This document shows positions 12,198 to 25,000 of a DNA stretch of 64,000 nucleotides, one piece after another. Origin of the DNA: Lingula anatina (taxonomy: Eukaryota > Animalia > Brachiopoda); NCBI GenBank assembly GCA_051362555.1, contig CM120645.1, positions 12,028,001 through 12,092,000 of the forward strand, in the 5' to 3' direction. Both the position numbers and the translations under genes were made by a program. The notes beneath the pieces are model-generated. The model had not been told where the DNA came from and did not search any database. It saw only the letters and a list, made by a program, of their open reading frames with translations. The first letter of the stretch is position 1, and each line of letters begins with the position of its first letter.

Positions 12198-14998
12198 ATG
12201 ATGACCATCTATCTCATTTTATGCACGCTGACATTTGGTCAGCTGACAGACGGTGTGTTAGTTTTTACACAAGAAGAAGGTCAGTTTGAAGGATCCACAC
12301 ACCAGTCACCCAATTCCGAGTTTTGGGCGCCTGTGGGATTCACGGGAGAGTCATCAAATATGGCGACCGTCTCCACTGGTGGAATGCACGAGGTAGTTAC
12401 ACATGGCTTTTCCAATATTGAGGATGGAATGTACAAAGGACCCACACAAGAGGCACCAACTACTGAGGGTAGAATCCATGAGGGAGTCACACAAGAGTCA
12501 CCAACTACTGAAAGTAGAATCCATGAGGGAGTCACACAAGACTCACCAACTACTGAGGGTAGAATCCATGAGGGAGTCACACAAGAATCGTCCACTATTA
12601 AGAGTTATATCCGTGAGGGGGTCACACAAGAGTCACGCACTACTGAGGGTGGAATGCTTGAAGGAGTAACTCATTCACCACATGAAGAGGATGCACTGCT
12701 CGATGGGTTGACCAACACAAGTGAAACTGCAGACACAGCGAAGGGAACCTTTTTTCCCCCAGACGTAACTCTAATGCCGTATCGGTGGCTCTGTTCAAAA
12801 ACCAACTTTCGTCAAACTGGCCTTAAGATCCACTGCAACTGCGACCCTCTGTGCGTCCTGTATGATGACTGTTGCTATGGTGTGTCAGAAAATACCGCGA
12901 TGTGTGCTGCTTCAGTCAGATTAACAACGACGCACAATACCTCACACTTTGAAACAATCCTTGCATCCAGCCTAACAAAACCTCAAAGTAACAGCACCAC
13001 ACTGGCTGTATTCCCAAACAAGACTTCTTCTTGGGAAGAACAAAAGAAACGGGTCAACCCTATGTTGATTTCCCTGGCACAAAGAAGCTCTTGCAAATAT
13101 ATTCCAAAGTTGCACCGACAAATACCACAAACCACACACGGATATGAGGACAATTTCGGGTTGAAATTTTGGATGGTGGACCAATGTCCCTCGTCGTGGT
13201 TAGAAGAAAACACTCGTATCAAGTGCACCAATACCTCAAATACGAGCCTCTTAGAGGACGTGCTGTTGCACCAACCAGTCACCGATCCAGACACAATGAT
13301 CACTTTCAAAAACAAGTTCTGCGCAGCTTGTAATGGTATCGAGGGCGGTGGGGAGCCGTGGGGACTGGTCGTCTATTGCACTGGAGCGGTTCAAATTGAA
13401 AAAATGCCACACTACAACTCCTCGTCTGATGTTTTAAAACATTTGGCATATCTCGGATGCAATAGTATTTTCGAGTCGAAACCAGAGTGGAAATTGAGGA
13501 CATGTTTCCGAGAAGTGGAGAATCGTGACTTTGGTCCTTGTGAGTTCACTTTTATCAATGGAGGCGTGCACCGTGTACCTGGCCCACTCCCCTTGCATTC
13601 CCCCTTACGAGATGCCTGCATGGCGTACAACAACCCCATTATCGAAGGCGACAATGAAAAAAGTTTTAAGAACTACCACTGCCTGATCTGTTACAAATAT
13701 GGCGAAAATTCCTTATGCAAAGGTGAGTGATCTGTTTGCCTTTAGAACTTAACATGTTAATTTGGATCAAGAAATAAGAAGACTCGGTCTGCGGGTCAGA
13801 ACTGCATGAAACATATCGTTATATATATCGTTATGTCGGTGTTTAGACATTTTAGATCCTGACGAATAAAGTGTAACTTCTCTCGGGATAACGTTCTTGT
13901 TTTTCTGGGTCTTAGCTTTGAAAACTGAAATAAATCATTGAAAGATAAAATATATATCTTCATTTTCTTATGGTTATAGGTCTTTATCTAGGTTTCGACA
14001 CGGTGAAAGTATTTAACAGACAAATATATCAGTGTTTGCAATTAGTGTTTAATGTAATTGTAATATAGTCCTTTTAGTTAATTTTTTCATATTCAGATCA
14101 AAGTTACACACCGCCACCAGATCAAATAAGGTTCAAAGGTCTTTCTTTCCGTGCCCTGTTGTATGTTGGAGATCTAGACAGGAAAGAGAATGATGGCGCC
14201 ATCAGTTTGGTGAGAAATCAAAATACGATCATGATTATCCTGATAATAATGAAATTGAGTAGTTTATTATTTATCAAAAGTATGCATTTATATTATGTTA
14301 ACATATTGATGTAATTATAATCATCAGCTTTTTTTGCCAATTTCTAAACTGGTAAAACTGTAAATAAATTAATTACAAAATTACCCGTATTTTATTACCA
14401 TATATATGGGTGCGTCCTCTGGTTTCCAGCCTGAAGAGCATCATATAATGTGCCCCCCAGTGTCTTCTCCTGATGCTAAGAGCTGCCGCCCACTTTTGTA
14501 CAACTTTACGGCACTACAAAATGTAATCGTGTTACACTTTGAACCCTGTGGATGGTCCCCAACCCCAAAGGATGACTGTAGGATTCTTAGATCGGACCAT
14601 CGATTTTCCGATGTATTAAATGCAGAGAATGCCCTTTTGTAAGCTGCGAGCAGAAACATAATGCACCAACAGAGACAAGTCCCATCACATTCGCCGTTAA
14701 GTTAATGATAACTATCTACTTGAGACTAGCAAACTATGAAGAAGGCCGTAACGCTTTTAATAATGTACAAGCACAAATTGAGCATGCTCTAAAATACCAA
14801 CAGTTTTATATATCCGGAGGTCCTATAGGCATACGTTCAGAATCGTTCCCTCCCTGCATGGTGAGCACCACGCACCACAGCTGCATGCCGCCATTTTATG
14901 GTACCACGCCGATCACCGCCTCTAAGGGGAATCGAGTTAATATCCATTTCGGTACCATTAGACTTTTGGTACTTATGGCAATAGTGGCAGTGGGCTAG
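12198..14998 (+). CDS. SMB-domain Cys-rich protein, copy 2 (exons 12198-13722, 14097-14209, 14430-14998); 1-nt frameshift with TAA at 14640-14642 in the last exon (possible pseudogene or sequencing error)
   Basis: Highly similar to copy 1 with identical splice positions. Copy 1 GCC CTT TTC ATA AGC TGC versus copy 2 GCC CTT TTG TAA GCT GC. The downstream sequence (14705-14998) is intact in the shifted frame. Confidence 0.75.
12440..12670 (+). repeat. 45-bp coding tandem repeat (~5 copies; EGRIHEGVTQESPTT)
   Basis: GAGGGTAGAATCCATGAGGGAGTCACACAAGAGTCACCAACTACT is repeated nearly perfectly. The equivalent array in copy 1 (~820-1070) is more degenerate. Confidence 0.85.
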
Positions 14999-15459
14999 AT
15001 ATTCTAACCATGAAAAGTGCGGCATTAATACTGAAAATTTTGTGCCATTTGATCGGGGAATAAATGTAAGCTTAAATGCTCTTACGAGCAAGTGAACATT
15101 CCTTATATAACTCTGTGGCAGAAAATGCTAAAATTTACCCTCAGGTCAGCTAGGCCCCAAGTCATGATTCTTAAAAGGTCATAATAATTGCTTTTAATTA
15201 GAGTAAATTCATTTCCTTTGCAAAACTAAGTGTGGAAAGTCACACTACAAAAATAGATTTTGACTTACAGTTGCTGATATTTAATAATAGCAGGCTTCGG
15301 TCCAACTTTTGCATCGAAAATGGCGGGTTTACCATTAATCTTTTTAGTGACATTTTACATTTTAATCTCAAAATGTTTGGGTTGCCAGTGATTGTGGGTA
15401 AACTTTTTCTTAAGGGGAGATACATGTACTTCAGTCGTGCTGCAATCATAAGTTGGTAA

Positions 15460-16259
15460 TGGCCCAGTCACAATGTCGGCGATCTGTCGGGGATTACCTT
15501 TGGCCGGGGGTCGTCGTAGAAAATAAAGAATCCTTGAACAATCCTAGCAATAATCCTAATAAAAGTGGAGCAGTCACATTGTCTGAGATTTTTTTTCAAG
15601 GATTTTGACCCGGTTTTGACGAAAAATCGTGGGATTAGCCTCCGATCGCCTCCGGAGACGATATCTGCGAGCGTCTTTTCTTGTAATTTTTTCCTCCCCT
15701 TGGTCCTCCCCTTGGCATCTTCAAAATCTTCTGTCACAGCCTCCTGCAGCAAGAGCGTCTCAAACTTTTAGCGATCCGGTCGGAGGCGCCCTTATATACA
15801 CGGCGATTTACTACGATTCCACCGTACAATTCGTCGGAGACGATCACATAAATCGTACGAATCGTCGCAGGGCGCCTCCGATTCAGTCGGAGGGCGCCGG
15901 AGACTACTCGCAGACATTGAATCTCATCCTGATTTTCCAATCCCACACAGAATCTTGCGACTAGTCTCAGATTATTCGGAGGACGCCTCCGATTAATCGG
16001 AGGGCATCGTAGGTCATCGGAGATTGTGTCTGGGATGCCCAAAATGGGTGAAAAATCTTGCCAGCAATCTTAAAATTTTAAGTTCAAAGTTGGGGACTGC
16101 GACGGGTGTGGCGATGTCTAAAAAATCTGCGACAACCCGCAGGCGTCCGGAGAGCGCTTCCGACGGGTGCAAAATCATGAGATCTGTCTCAAGATTTTGT
16201 TCAAATTTCCCGGGTTTTACCCATCCACGACGCATCGCAACTGATTTGTGACTGGCCAC
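15460..16259. mobile_element. PIF/Harbinger (Tourist-like) non-autonomous element, 800 bp
   Basis: TAA TSD at 15457-15459 and 16260-16262. Imperfect TIR TGGCCCAGTCACAA / TTGTGACTGGCCAC. GC-rich internal CGATC/TCGGAG palindromic motifs. Confidence 0.7.
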
Positions 16260-17802
16260 TAAACCGTGGCTAGCTTTACAAAGAACCCTTGAAGTCAAAT
16301 GTATTTGAGGTCTATAGGCAATGGATAAATGTAACCACTAGATGGACTATTTAAAAACAGTGGCTTTTTTAAATCTCAGAATAAGAAAATTCATTTTTTT
16401 TTTTGTCGTAAATTTATGTATAATATTTTATTTTGGGCAATAGTACATGGAAATAAGAAATCAAGCTTAGGAATAAAGTTCTACGAGAACATCAATTAAA
16501 TCGTTGTCTTCTTTTCTTGGTGCACTGCCACATCTAGTAAAAATGGGGTAATAGTAATAGTCTCATATATATACAGTAATAGTAATAAACTCATGCAGTA
16601 AAATGAAGTAGGAACTTTTTCTGAAAGAAAACTGAAGGATTTAACAGGAAACCAATTTATTTTATGTAATATTATAGATCATTAAAAGTGATTTAGCCTT
16701 TGTTATAACAACATGCTATGAAATGGACGTGCTACAGGAGGAAATAAATGAATCAGATAGACTTGCCAGACGTACAGACGATTTGTGGGGTTGGATCTCC
16801 CCTCTCCTAGAAGCATTTATATGGAAAGGTCGGCTTCCAAAACCGAAAAGATTATGAACGATAAGATTAAGAATGGTCTTTCATCTTTTATTGGACATTT
16901 AAGATTTACACGTGTGGCAATTTAGTGGAAAGAAAGGAAAATTTTAAGTTCAAAGTTGGGGACTGCGACGGGTGTGGCGATGTCTAAAAAATCTGCGACA
17001 ACCCGCAGGCGTCCGGAGAGCGCTTCCGACGGGTGCAAAATCATGAGATCTGTCTCAAGATTTTGTTCAAATTTCCCGGGTTTTACCCATCCACGACGCA
17101 TCGCAACTGATTTGTGACTGGCCACTAAACCGTGGCTAGCTTTACAAAGAACCCTTGAAGTCAAATGTATTTGAGGTCTATAGGCAATGGATAAATGTAA
17201 CCACTAGATGGACTATTTAAAAACAGTGGCTTTTTTAAATCTCAGAATAAGAAAATTCATTTTTTTTTTGTCGTAAATTTATGTATAATATTTTATTTTG
17301 GGCAATAGTACATGGAAATAAGAAATCAAGCTTAGGAATAAAGTTCTACGAGAACATCAATTAAATCGTTGTCTTCTTTTCTTGGTGCACTGCCACATCT
17401 AGTAAAAATGGGGTAATAGTAATAGTCTCATATATATACAGTAATAGTAATAAACTCATGCAGTAAAATGAAGTAGGAACTTTTTCTGAAAGAAAACTGA
17501 AGGATTTAACAGGAAACCAATTTATTTTATGTAATATTATAGATCATTAAAAGTGATTTAGCCTTTGTTATAACAACATGCTATGAAATGGACGTGCTAC
17601 AGGAGGAAATAAATGAATCAGATAGACTTGCCAGACGTACAGACGATTTGTGGGGTTGGATCTCCCCTCTCCTAGAAGCATTTATATGGAAAGGTCGGCT
17701 TCCAAAACCGAAAAGATTATGAACGATAAGATTAAGAATGGTCTTTCATCTTTTATTGGACATTTAAGATTTACACGTGTGGCAATTTAGTGGAAAGAAA
17801 GG
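16072..17802. repeat. Near-perfect 866-bp tandem duplication (16072-16937 / 16938-17802)
   Basis: The copies look identical except for a 1-nt difference in a poly-T run. The unit begins inside the Harbinger element. Confidence 0.92.
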
Positions 17803-18961
17803 GCAACTTAAATTATATAATGTTACTTGTCGCATCAAAATTGTATTTAATAACTATCTGGTATAATGAAACCTCCATTTGCCTGTGCAGCACTTGTTCT
17901 TGTAAAATTTTAATTAAATTAAGCAGGTTGGAATCTACTGATAATTACCAACACCAGCGTTACCCAGCCTTAAATGACGTCGAAACAAAAGGATGAAGAC
18001 GTACGTGCGCCTTTTTTTTATTCTCGGCATCCGTCTGTCGAAGTACAACAATGTACATCAGATTCACCATCGTCAGAAAGGTCAACATGCGTTAAAGAAA
18101 CACAGTGAAAAGGATATCCGCATGGGTATCCATTCAAAGACTAATCTGATATACCAGACAATGTAAAAGCATAGCAGTTAGAGTTCTGACACGAGTTGCC
18201 AGGTGTAACAGGTCGTGTGATAACGAACACCGGATTTATACCGGATTTATATATCACGTGTCCCGTGTTTTTACGTTTTTCGCACTTGTCTACGTGTATT
18301 ACTCGGTGCTTTTTACCCTACGAGCGAGATTTTACTGATAAACGGAGACGTTGCAATGACTTACTGCAAAGATCGGGGATGGCTTTGAAACGACTGGCAC
18401 GGTTGCTGAGTGCGAGGCAGTATATAGAGAGAGCAGCGTACGGACCAAACTGAGGCTATTTACACAGAGAAGGAGATGTCAATTAAGGTTTTAACCAGGC
18501 CACAGGCCACAACGTATTACACAGACTTTCGTAAGCAAAATCCACTTACGTAGGTACTTACGTTCTGTGTGTACTAGCTGAATGAAGACCAGCAGCAAAA
18601 AAGACAACCTGAAGCAAGTAAAGTCCTGTACGTGAAGCAAAATATACTCAAACGACCACTTACCTCTGGCCTTGTTACTTCCACTTTTGGGCGATAAGGT
18701 GAACTCTTTTCGCAGTTGCAAGGTCAGGCTTTGATACCAGTCTGGTCGGTCCAGGATGTACCCAGGGGGTGCAGAGGGAAAAAAATTATTTGCCGTGCTC
18801 AGCTCGACATGAATAAAACAATGGGCAAAAATGCAAATTAACTATAATCTGTAAGGGATTAAATTTGCTGATCGAGTTTCCCTCGTTTCGTTCTTTATAC
18901 CTTTTTAAAGTATTTTTTATTCTTTTGTTTCTTAAATGAGAAAGGGTGCCTTAGAAACTAA

Positions 18962-19176
18962 GGCTCTATTCCCATAGATTTTAGATCGATCTATCCCCGC
19001 GGGGAGTCTCACTAGATTACTTCCAGACAATCCGACTTAAATGTCCGTCCCGCCTACTACAAGCTATAAGGGGATAATTAACTTTCGTGTCCGCCCGGCT
19101 GACAGCTATTTAGCGTGAACCCCCAGGGAGTTAGGTCGATCTAAAGTAGGTCGATCTAATGTATGGAAATGGGGCG
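18962..19176. mobile_element. Tourist-like MITE
   Basis: TAA flanks both sides. Imperfect TIR GGCTCTATTCCCATAGATTTTAGATCGATCTA / TAGGTCGATCTAATGTATGGAAATGGGGCG. Confidence 0.6.
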
Positions 19177-19574
19177 TAAGGGGCGTAGACGTGTCCGATG
19201 AACCCTTTCATGGGTCCGCTATTTTATTCACTTATTTATTTGTAAAAGGCGAAATAATACGAGTCCCCGGTTGAATACTCAGCTGCTGTCACAGGTGGGG
19301 AACTCCCTATACCAGAGGTTTTTCTGTTGTAACAAAATTGCCCTTTGCTAGAGAGTACAGATGGGGAGCATCGACTTTCTCCTTAAGTGAACTCCTAACC
19401 TACAGATAACACGGGTCAGTAAAACCGACCCTTATCTGACTATGCATATTGACATGGAGGGTCATGGCTCTGATAGTAGTACATCCATCTACAGCACATA
19501 TACATTTTTACCCACAACAAACACAGTCCCGCTTTAGCAGAAGTAGACCTGAAATAAATAACGGTTGAAATTAA

Positions 19575-19913
19575 AAGGATAATAACTCTTCGTTTTGACT
19601 AAAAAATGAATTTTCCTGGAGTAAACAACAATTTTCCCATACTTACCAATGGTTAATGAATCCATTTTTACATTCAAAGTTAGTCCCTGTTTTTTTTTCT
19701 AAAAAGTTTGGTTTTTTTGTTAAAATCTCTTAAGAGATTATAACAGAGTATGGCCATCTGTGGAGGTCTCGTGGTCTGAAGTCAAGTTAAGATATCAGAA
19801 TAATAGCTATAACTGCTGTTTTTCTTGTACGACAGAATATATAATATTTCTATGAGTTGTTCACAATGTTTTCATTGTGAAATATAGATCTCATACGAAG
19901 AGTTATTATCCCT
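19575..19913. mobile_element. TTAA-targeting (Kolobok-like) MITE
   Basis: TTAA TSD at 19571-19574 and 19914-19917. TIR AAGGATAATAACTCTTCGT / ACGAAGAGTTATTATCCCT. Confidence 0.7.
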
Positions 19914-21361
19914 TTAAGGGCAACGCGACAATCGTTTTATGGACCAAACATGCTGAAACCCATTTAACGAACAGTATAGTCAAATTCTAAATCTGTATAT
20001 TTCAATTGCATTCTCAGAACATTACTAGCGCAGTATAGTCTTTAGGAATACACGAACGTTCATAAGTCGTCTCTAGCATCTTTTGGGCATGCCTGACCAT
20101 GTCAGAGTTGTAATCATCCCCAGAAATGCACTGCATGACGTCACGCCTAGCCCACTGCGCATGCGTGCATTTTTAATGAGTTGCTAGATTGCCATAGGAA
20201 AATGAATGGGTTCGCGATTCGTGGATAATTCGTGAGAATTGACAAACTAACAGCCTGATGCCGATAGACAGCAACGCTGTGCTATGCTTCAAGCAACTCC
20301 TGACCAAATATCGCTAGAGTTTTTAAAAAAAATTCTGTTGTACACACGAACTAAGAAGTTTGCCGTATATTGCCTAGACTACCCTCAGCAAAACGCAAAT
20401 ATTTTCAGTTATAGTGATTTTAGACGGTAGATTCACTCAGAAACAAAGGGAAATTAATTCGTTGCCGATAGCACCAGCTGATAGCAGTAACATACAGAGT
20501 CTGATTAAAAAATTTCATGGCAATTGAAGATTTTTTACCACTGTACAATGGAGTCCAAAAAGAGCACTTGGCACAAATGTAAAACTGCCCAGTGCAAGGC
20601 CAAGAATTCAATCAGTATTTTCAATCATATTATCAGATTCTACATAAATTGACTGACCATATCACTACTCAGTATTTAACTAATCTCTTAATCCAAAATT
20701 CCTATCATCATTTAATAATTATGCAAAATTCTACTTTCAGATTGCTATTTATTTAAATTTTTAATGCTGCAACTGTTCCAAAATAATCTTGTAGTAAAGG
20801 AAAAATGCAAATAAGAAGTGGAAGACCAATTTTACCCACAGTATTCAATTATTTGAATATAAAAAGAATAAGATCACGATTTGACAAATTAAAATAATCT
20901 TTCATGAACTCTTTCATGAATAACATATTAAACAAAAATGGAAGTTATAAATCAGTGGTAATGGCTTATTCTGGAATATATAGCATATATATATCATCAG
21001 TACCTGACTTGGTACAGTATAGTTACTACTTGGATACAGAGTTAGATTTAATAATGTAATAATAAGAACAATATATATTATAATAATAAACTTCTCTGCA
21101 CATATCAGACGCTTGTTACCATGAACTAACACTACTTGACAATGGGCTGAGCACTTATCACAGAGTCTGTGTGCCATGCCATTCTTGTGCTGTGATTGGT
21201 TAGTTGAGTCACGTGAAGTCCTACTGTTGCGCCCTCGCGTATCGCGTAAATGCTGCACATTTCTGGCCATGTCACTTTAGGTTCGAACAAGTGACTTAAA
21301 AAGTATAATATAACGCTTGATAATCCTTATATCGAGCCAATGTGATGAAACACGTGTACTT

Positions 21362-21650
21362 CAGTAGCGGATTTTGGGGGGGGGGGGGGGGGGGGGGGGT
21401 CAAGGGGGGGGGGCTGAACCACCCAACCCTCTTCGATTTCTAAAAAAACACCAATGGTCCCCACTTGAAATTAGAATTTTGACCTGCTGAATCATAGTTC
21501 TAGACCGTACCAAATGGCACCGTTCGCCCTATTAAATACCAAAAATTTCCCGGGTCTTTCAGCGGGCCAAGAACCCTACGCCAATTGGGAGGGTCGGTTT
21601 CGCATCCGCGGTCCCTCCCCCTCCTTCACATTGTCCTGGATCCGCCCCTG
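21362..21650. mobile_element. CAG(G/T)..CGGAT-type MITE with internal poly-G tract
   Basis: Ends CAGTAGCGGATT / GGATCCGCCCCTG. TACTT is duplicated on both flanks. Confidence 0.55.
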
Positions 21651-22062
21651 TACTTGTAGACTTCATGAAGAATGCTAAATATCAATTTGTCTATTTTCAT
21701 CACAGAATTCAAATTGAAAACGCGTGTTATTTGGTCGAACCCGTATCATTAGGGAGTAACTAATTCTATATACTTGCAATGAGCACGTGCATTTCCGAAA
21801 CTGAAACAAGTTAAATTCTGGAAACAGCGCCTGTTACATCTCTGCACAACTTCTATTTCATTGTTCATGCTGTACAGACATTTAGTTGAAAGAAGAAACC
21901 CACTACACATCTACACCTTTTGCGTAATGTTTATTGAATCGGCTCTTTTATTGTAATCTATAACAATACATGTACTTCCCATAACACAAGTCACATTGTA
22001 CATGGTGTCACGTTTCTTTATGATTTTTCGCGTGCCGAAATTTTAATACAGGAACACTTCCT

Positions 22063-25000
22063 TTACTCCAGAGTTTTATCGGTGAAAAATGGATGTTCCG
22101 GCGGATCAATAAAGGCCACGCCCCTTCCAGTCACTATCATGGCGGCACCGTTTTTGCTGTCGTCTGCTAGCAGTTTGATGGCGCTTTCGGCAACCACAGA
22201 GGCCCTAAAGGATCACAGAGGGTGTACTTAATAACCTTTTTTTCTTAATTTCAGAAATCAAAAAGACCACAGAAATGCGATATTTTTTCTTAAAAATAAT
22301 ATTCTATTGAGATAAACAACGAACTAAATTTAGTGCAGTGAAATGATGTTTTTCATTTCTCTTGTTTAATGAAGAAACATAAAAACAGTCCTCAAGAAAT
22401 AGTCTGAAAAGAGCGATTTTTTTCTGTGATACTCTCTGAAAGATCAAGAGCGTGCGACTTTAACCTTTTCAGTTAATTACCAGCTTCTGCCCGATCCAAA
22501 ATACGAAAATACAATTTAAATCTTACTTGAGCATCCCGTCAATATTTTTGCAAACGTAATCGGACAGTTTTTCCGCGTGGTGGATTCCTCTCTTAGAGAC
22601 ACTGTCAGCGGATTCTAGGCTCCGCACCATGGGCGTGTCGGTGAAATCTGGACACAGGCAATTCACCCTTACACCATGGGTGGCCATACTTGGGGACAAG
22701 CTGCTCTGAAAGTGACCAATTGAACGGGTGGCATTTTGTCTCTTACTTTTGGGGTCTTGGATGACGACATCGGACATTTCAGCAGAATTAACTGGCAGGA
22801 ATCAATTTATTTGACTTACGTTTTACATAAAAATATGTAGAGCTTCATCCTGTCAAAATGGCATTTATTGTACTTTTTCATCTTTTTCAATAGTGTATGA
22901 TAGCGTTCTTCAAGACCAAATTTTACTCATTGCATTTAAGCATAGACTAACACTTTTAATGAGAAATAATAGAATGTCTTACATACTGCCAATGAGCGAG
23001 TGTATCCCACGACGCCATGTTTGCTTGCACCGTAGACAGGGTTGCAAAAAGACGGCTTCAACCCTGATGAAAATTTTAAACAATAATAATAAAACAGACA
23101 ACATTTCAAAACTTCAGATCAAAGGGGTTATATGGACACACGTAGGCACAAACCGAGCCCTTAAATAAATGATACAGGGGTATCTTGAAGTTTACTAAAT
23201 TTTCTCACTGTATTTTAATTTTAAAATGTAGATATCGTTGTGCAAAGAGCCCAAAGGCACAACAAACGGGTCAAGAATGCACACTCTTGTAAACATGCGT
23301 CTCTATCATCATTGTGCGCATGCGCAGCCATAACTGATTTTCTGGTTAAATATAAACCTACCCGATACAGAGGCTGTATTTAGGATAACCCCGCCGTTGC
23401 CTCCTTGGTCCTTACGGAGATGCTTTAACCCCAGTGTGGTTCCACGAATTACAGCCGTCTGATAAAAACAATATAATCCCGAGCGGACGTAAAAGATAGG
23501 AAGAGAGAAAAGGGATAGGGCCTATGAAGATACAAATATTCAAAAGAAAATATCTCCTTTGCCAATGATACGTTTTTTAAACATTTATGCTCTATATTAG
23601 ATGAATGGTAGGCTTTTAACGGGCGTCTTGTACTGAAATTCTCTTCCCGGCTACTTCCTAATGGAGAACACAATAACATTATCACTAACTGTGTCATTAA
23701 TATCAGTCAAAAGAATTCTACATTTACCAAATTGATATTTATTAACAGCTCGAAGTCCTTCTCGTTCATGATTCCAGCGTTATTCATGATCACATCTAGC
23801 CGTCCAAACTTAGACTTGGTCCTCATCAATGCATCTGTTTCATTAAGAACAAATCACAAGGGGTAGGTTATGTTTTGCCAAATAGAGGTACTGTAACCGC
23901 GTATATAAATGAGATTTGTGTATTCAACCATATTCGTAACTAGTTTTATGTCGCTAGCATATCATTACCAACACACTGCTAATATAGTGGGTATTATTAG
24001 TTTTATCGTAAGAATAAGAACTAGAAGAGCATTCAGAGAGCGCAGACCTCCGCCAAGGCAGCAAAGTCTCCATTCAATGCAGTTTCACCACTAAATTTTC
24101 GATATTTTTGATTATTGATTGATGATTGATCCGGATCACCACCAGAAGCTTAACATCTGTTCCTTGGCCCACTTCTGTCAGTTACTGAAAATTTCATCTA
24201 AATCGGTCCATACTTTTTTTAGTTATGTTGATGACAGACAGACAGACAAACAAACAAACAGGGGTAAAAACATAACCTCCTTGGCGGAGGTAATAAAGAA
24301 ATAAATTTTGAGAAATGGAAATCTTATTTGTGAACAATCATATTTCGACTGATGTCGTGTACGATATCATAATACTTGGCATTTTACCACGAATTTCAGG
24401 ATCTTTGGTGACGTCGCACTTTATAAATGTGACGTTTTCCTCGCCATGTTGAGTCGCCAGTTTATTCAAGGCCACAGATCCATTTGTTTCATCGATGTCT
24501 GCTATTGTGACCTAGGACAGAGATATGAAACACTGTTTACTTGACTTAATTGGCCTCTTTTCAGGACAAATATGTGTGTATGTATGCGTTCAGCATAATA
24601 TCCTCTGCCATAATTCATGTTCAACATAGCATGAACTGTAGGCCCCTATTTCATTTTGTTAAGAAAGGAAAATTGTCAGTATGAACAGATACACGCACCT
24701 GAATACCAGTATTTGGTATCTGATTAGACTTTTTCATTGTAGCGTAGTTTTAGACAAATTCGCGTGTTCTTAGCTGCATTATACCAGGAGCTTCCCTGAT
24801 CTATATGGATGGATCATTGAAAATTAGTATTCATACCTGCTGTATTTTCCCCATTTTTATAATGCAACGTTTGTAGTTGACTATATTCCCGCAAAACGAA
24901 CAACCTATCCTAGAAACTTAATCAACCTCCCTGATTTCTATCCAATCAGAATTATAACCAGTGCTCTGCGCGTCTTAACGTTCTCTTGTAAGATTTACGT

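Noticed and set aside
15468-16298. Cluster of overlapping short ORFs
   Set aside because: They lie in the GC-rich palindromic interior of a non-autonomous Harbinger element and show no transposase motifs.
18204-18521. Possible solo LTR (TGTAA...TTACA)
   Set aside because: The TSD is imperfect (CAGG/CAGA), and the right end falls within sequence homologous to the copy-1 3' flank (~3610-3650).
20034-20380. CRE (TGACGTCA) plus NRF1-like (TGCGCATGCG) cluster as a promoter
   Set aside because: No adjacent gene start was found. It lies between degenerate inverted ends, so it is more likely an old MITE.
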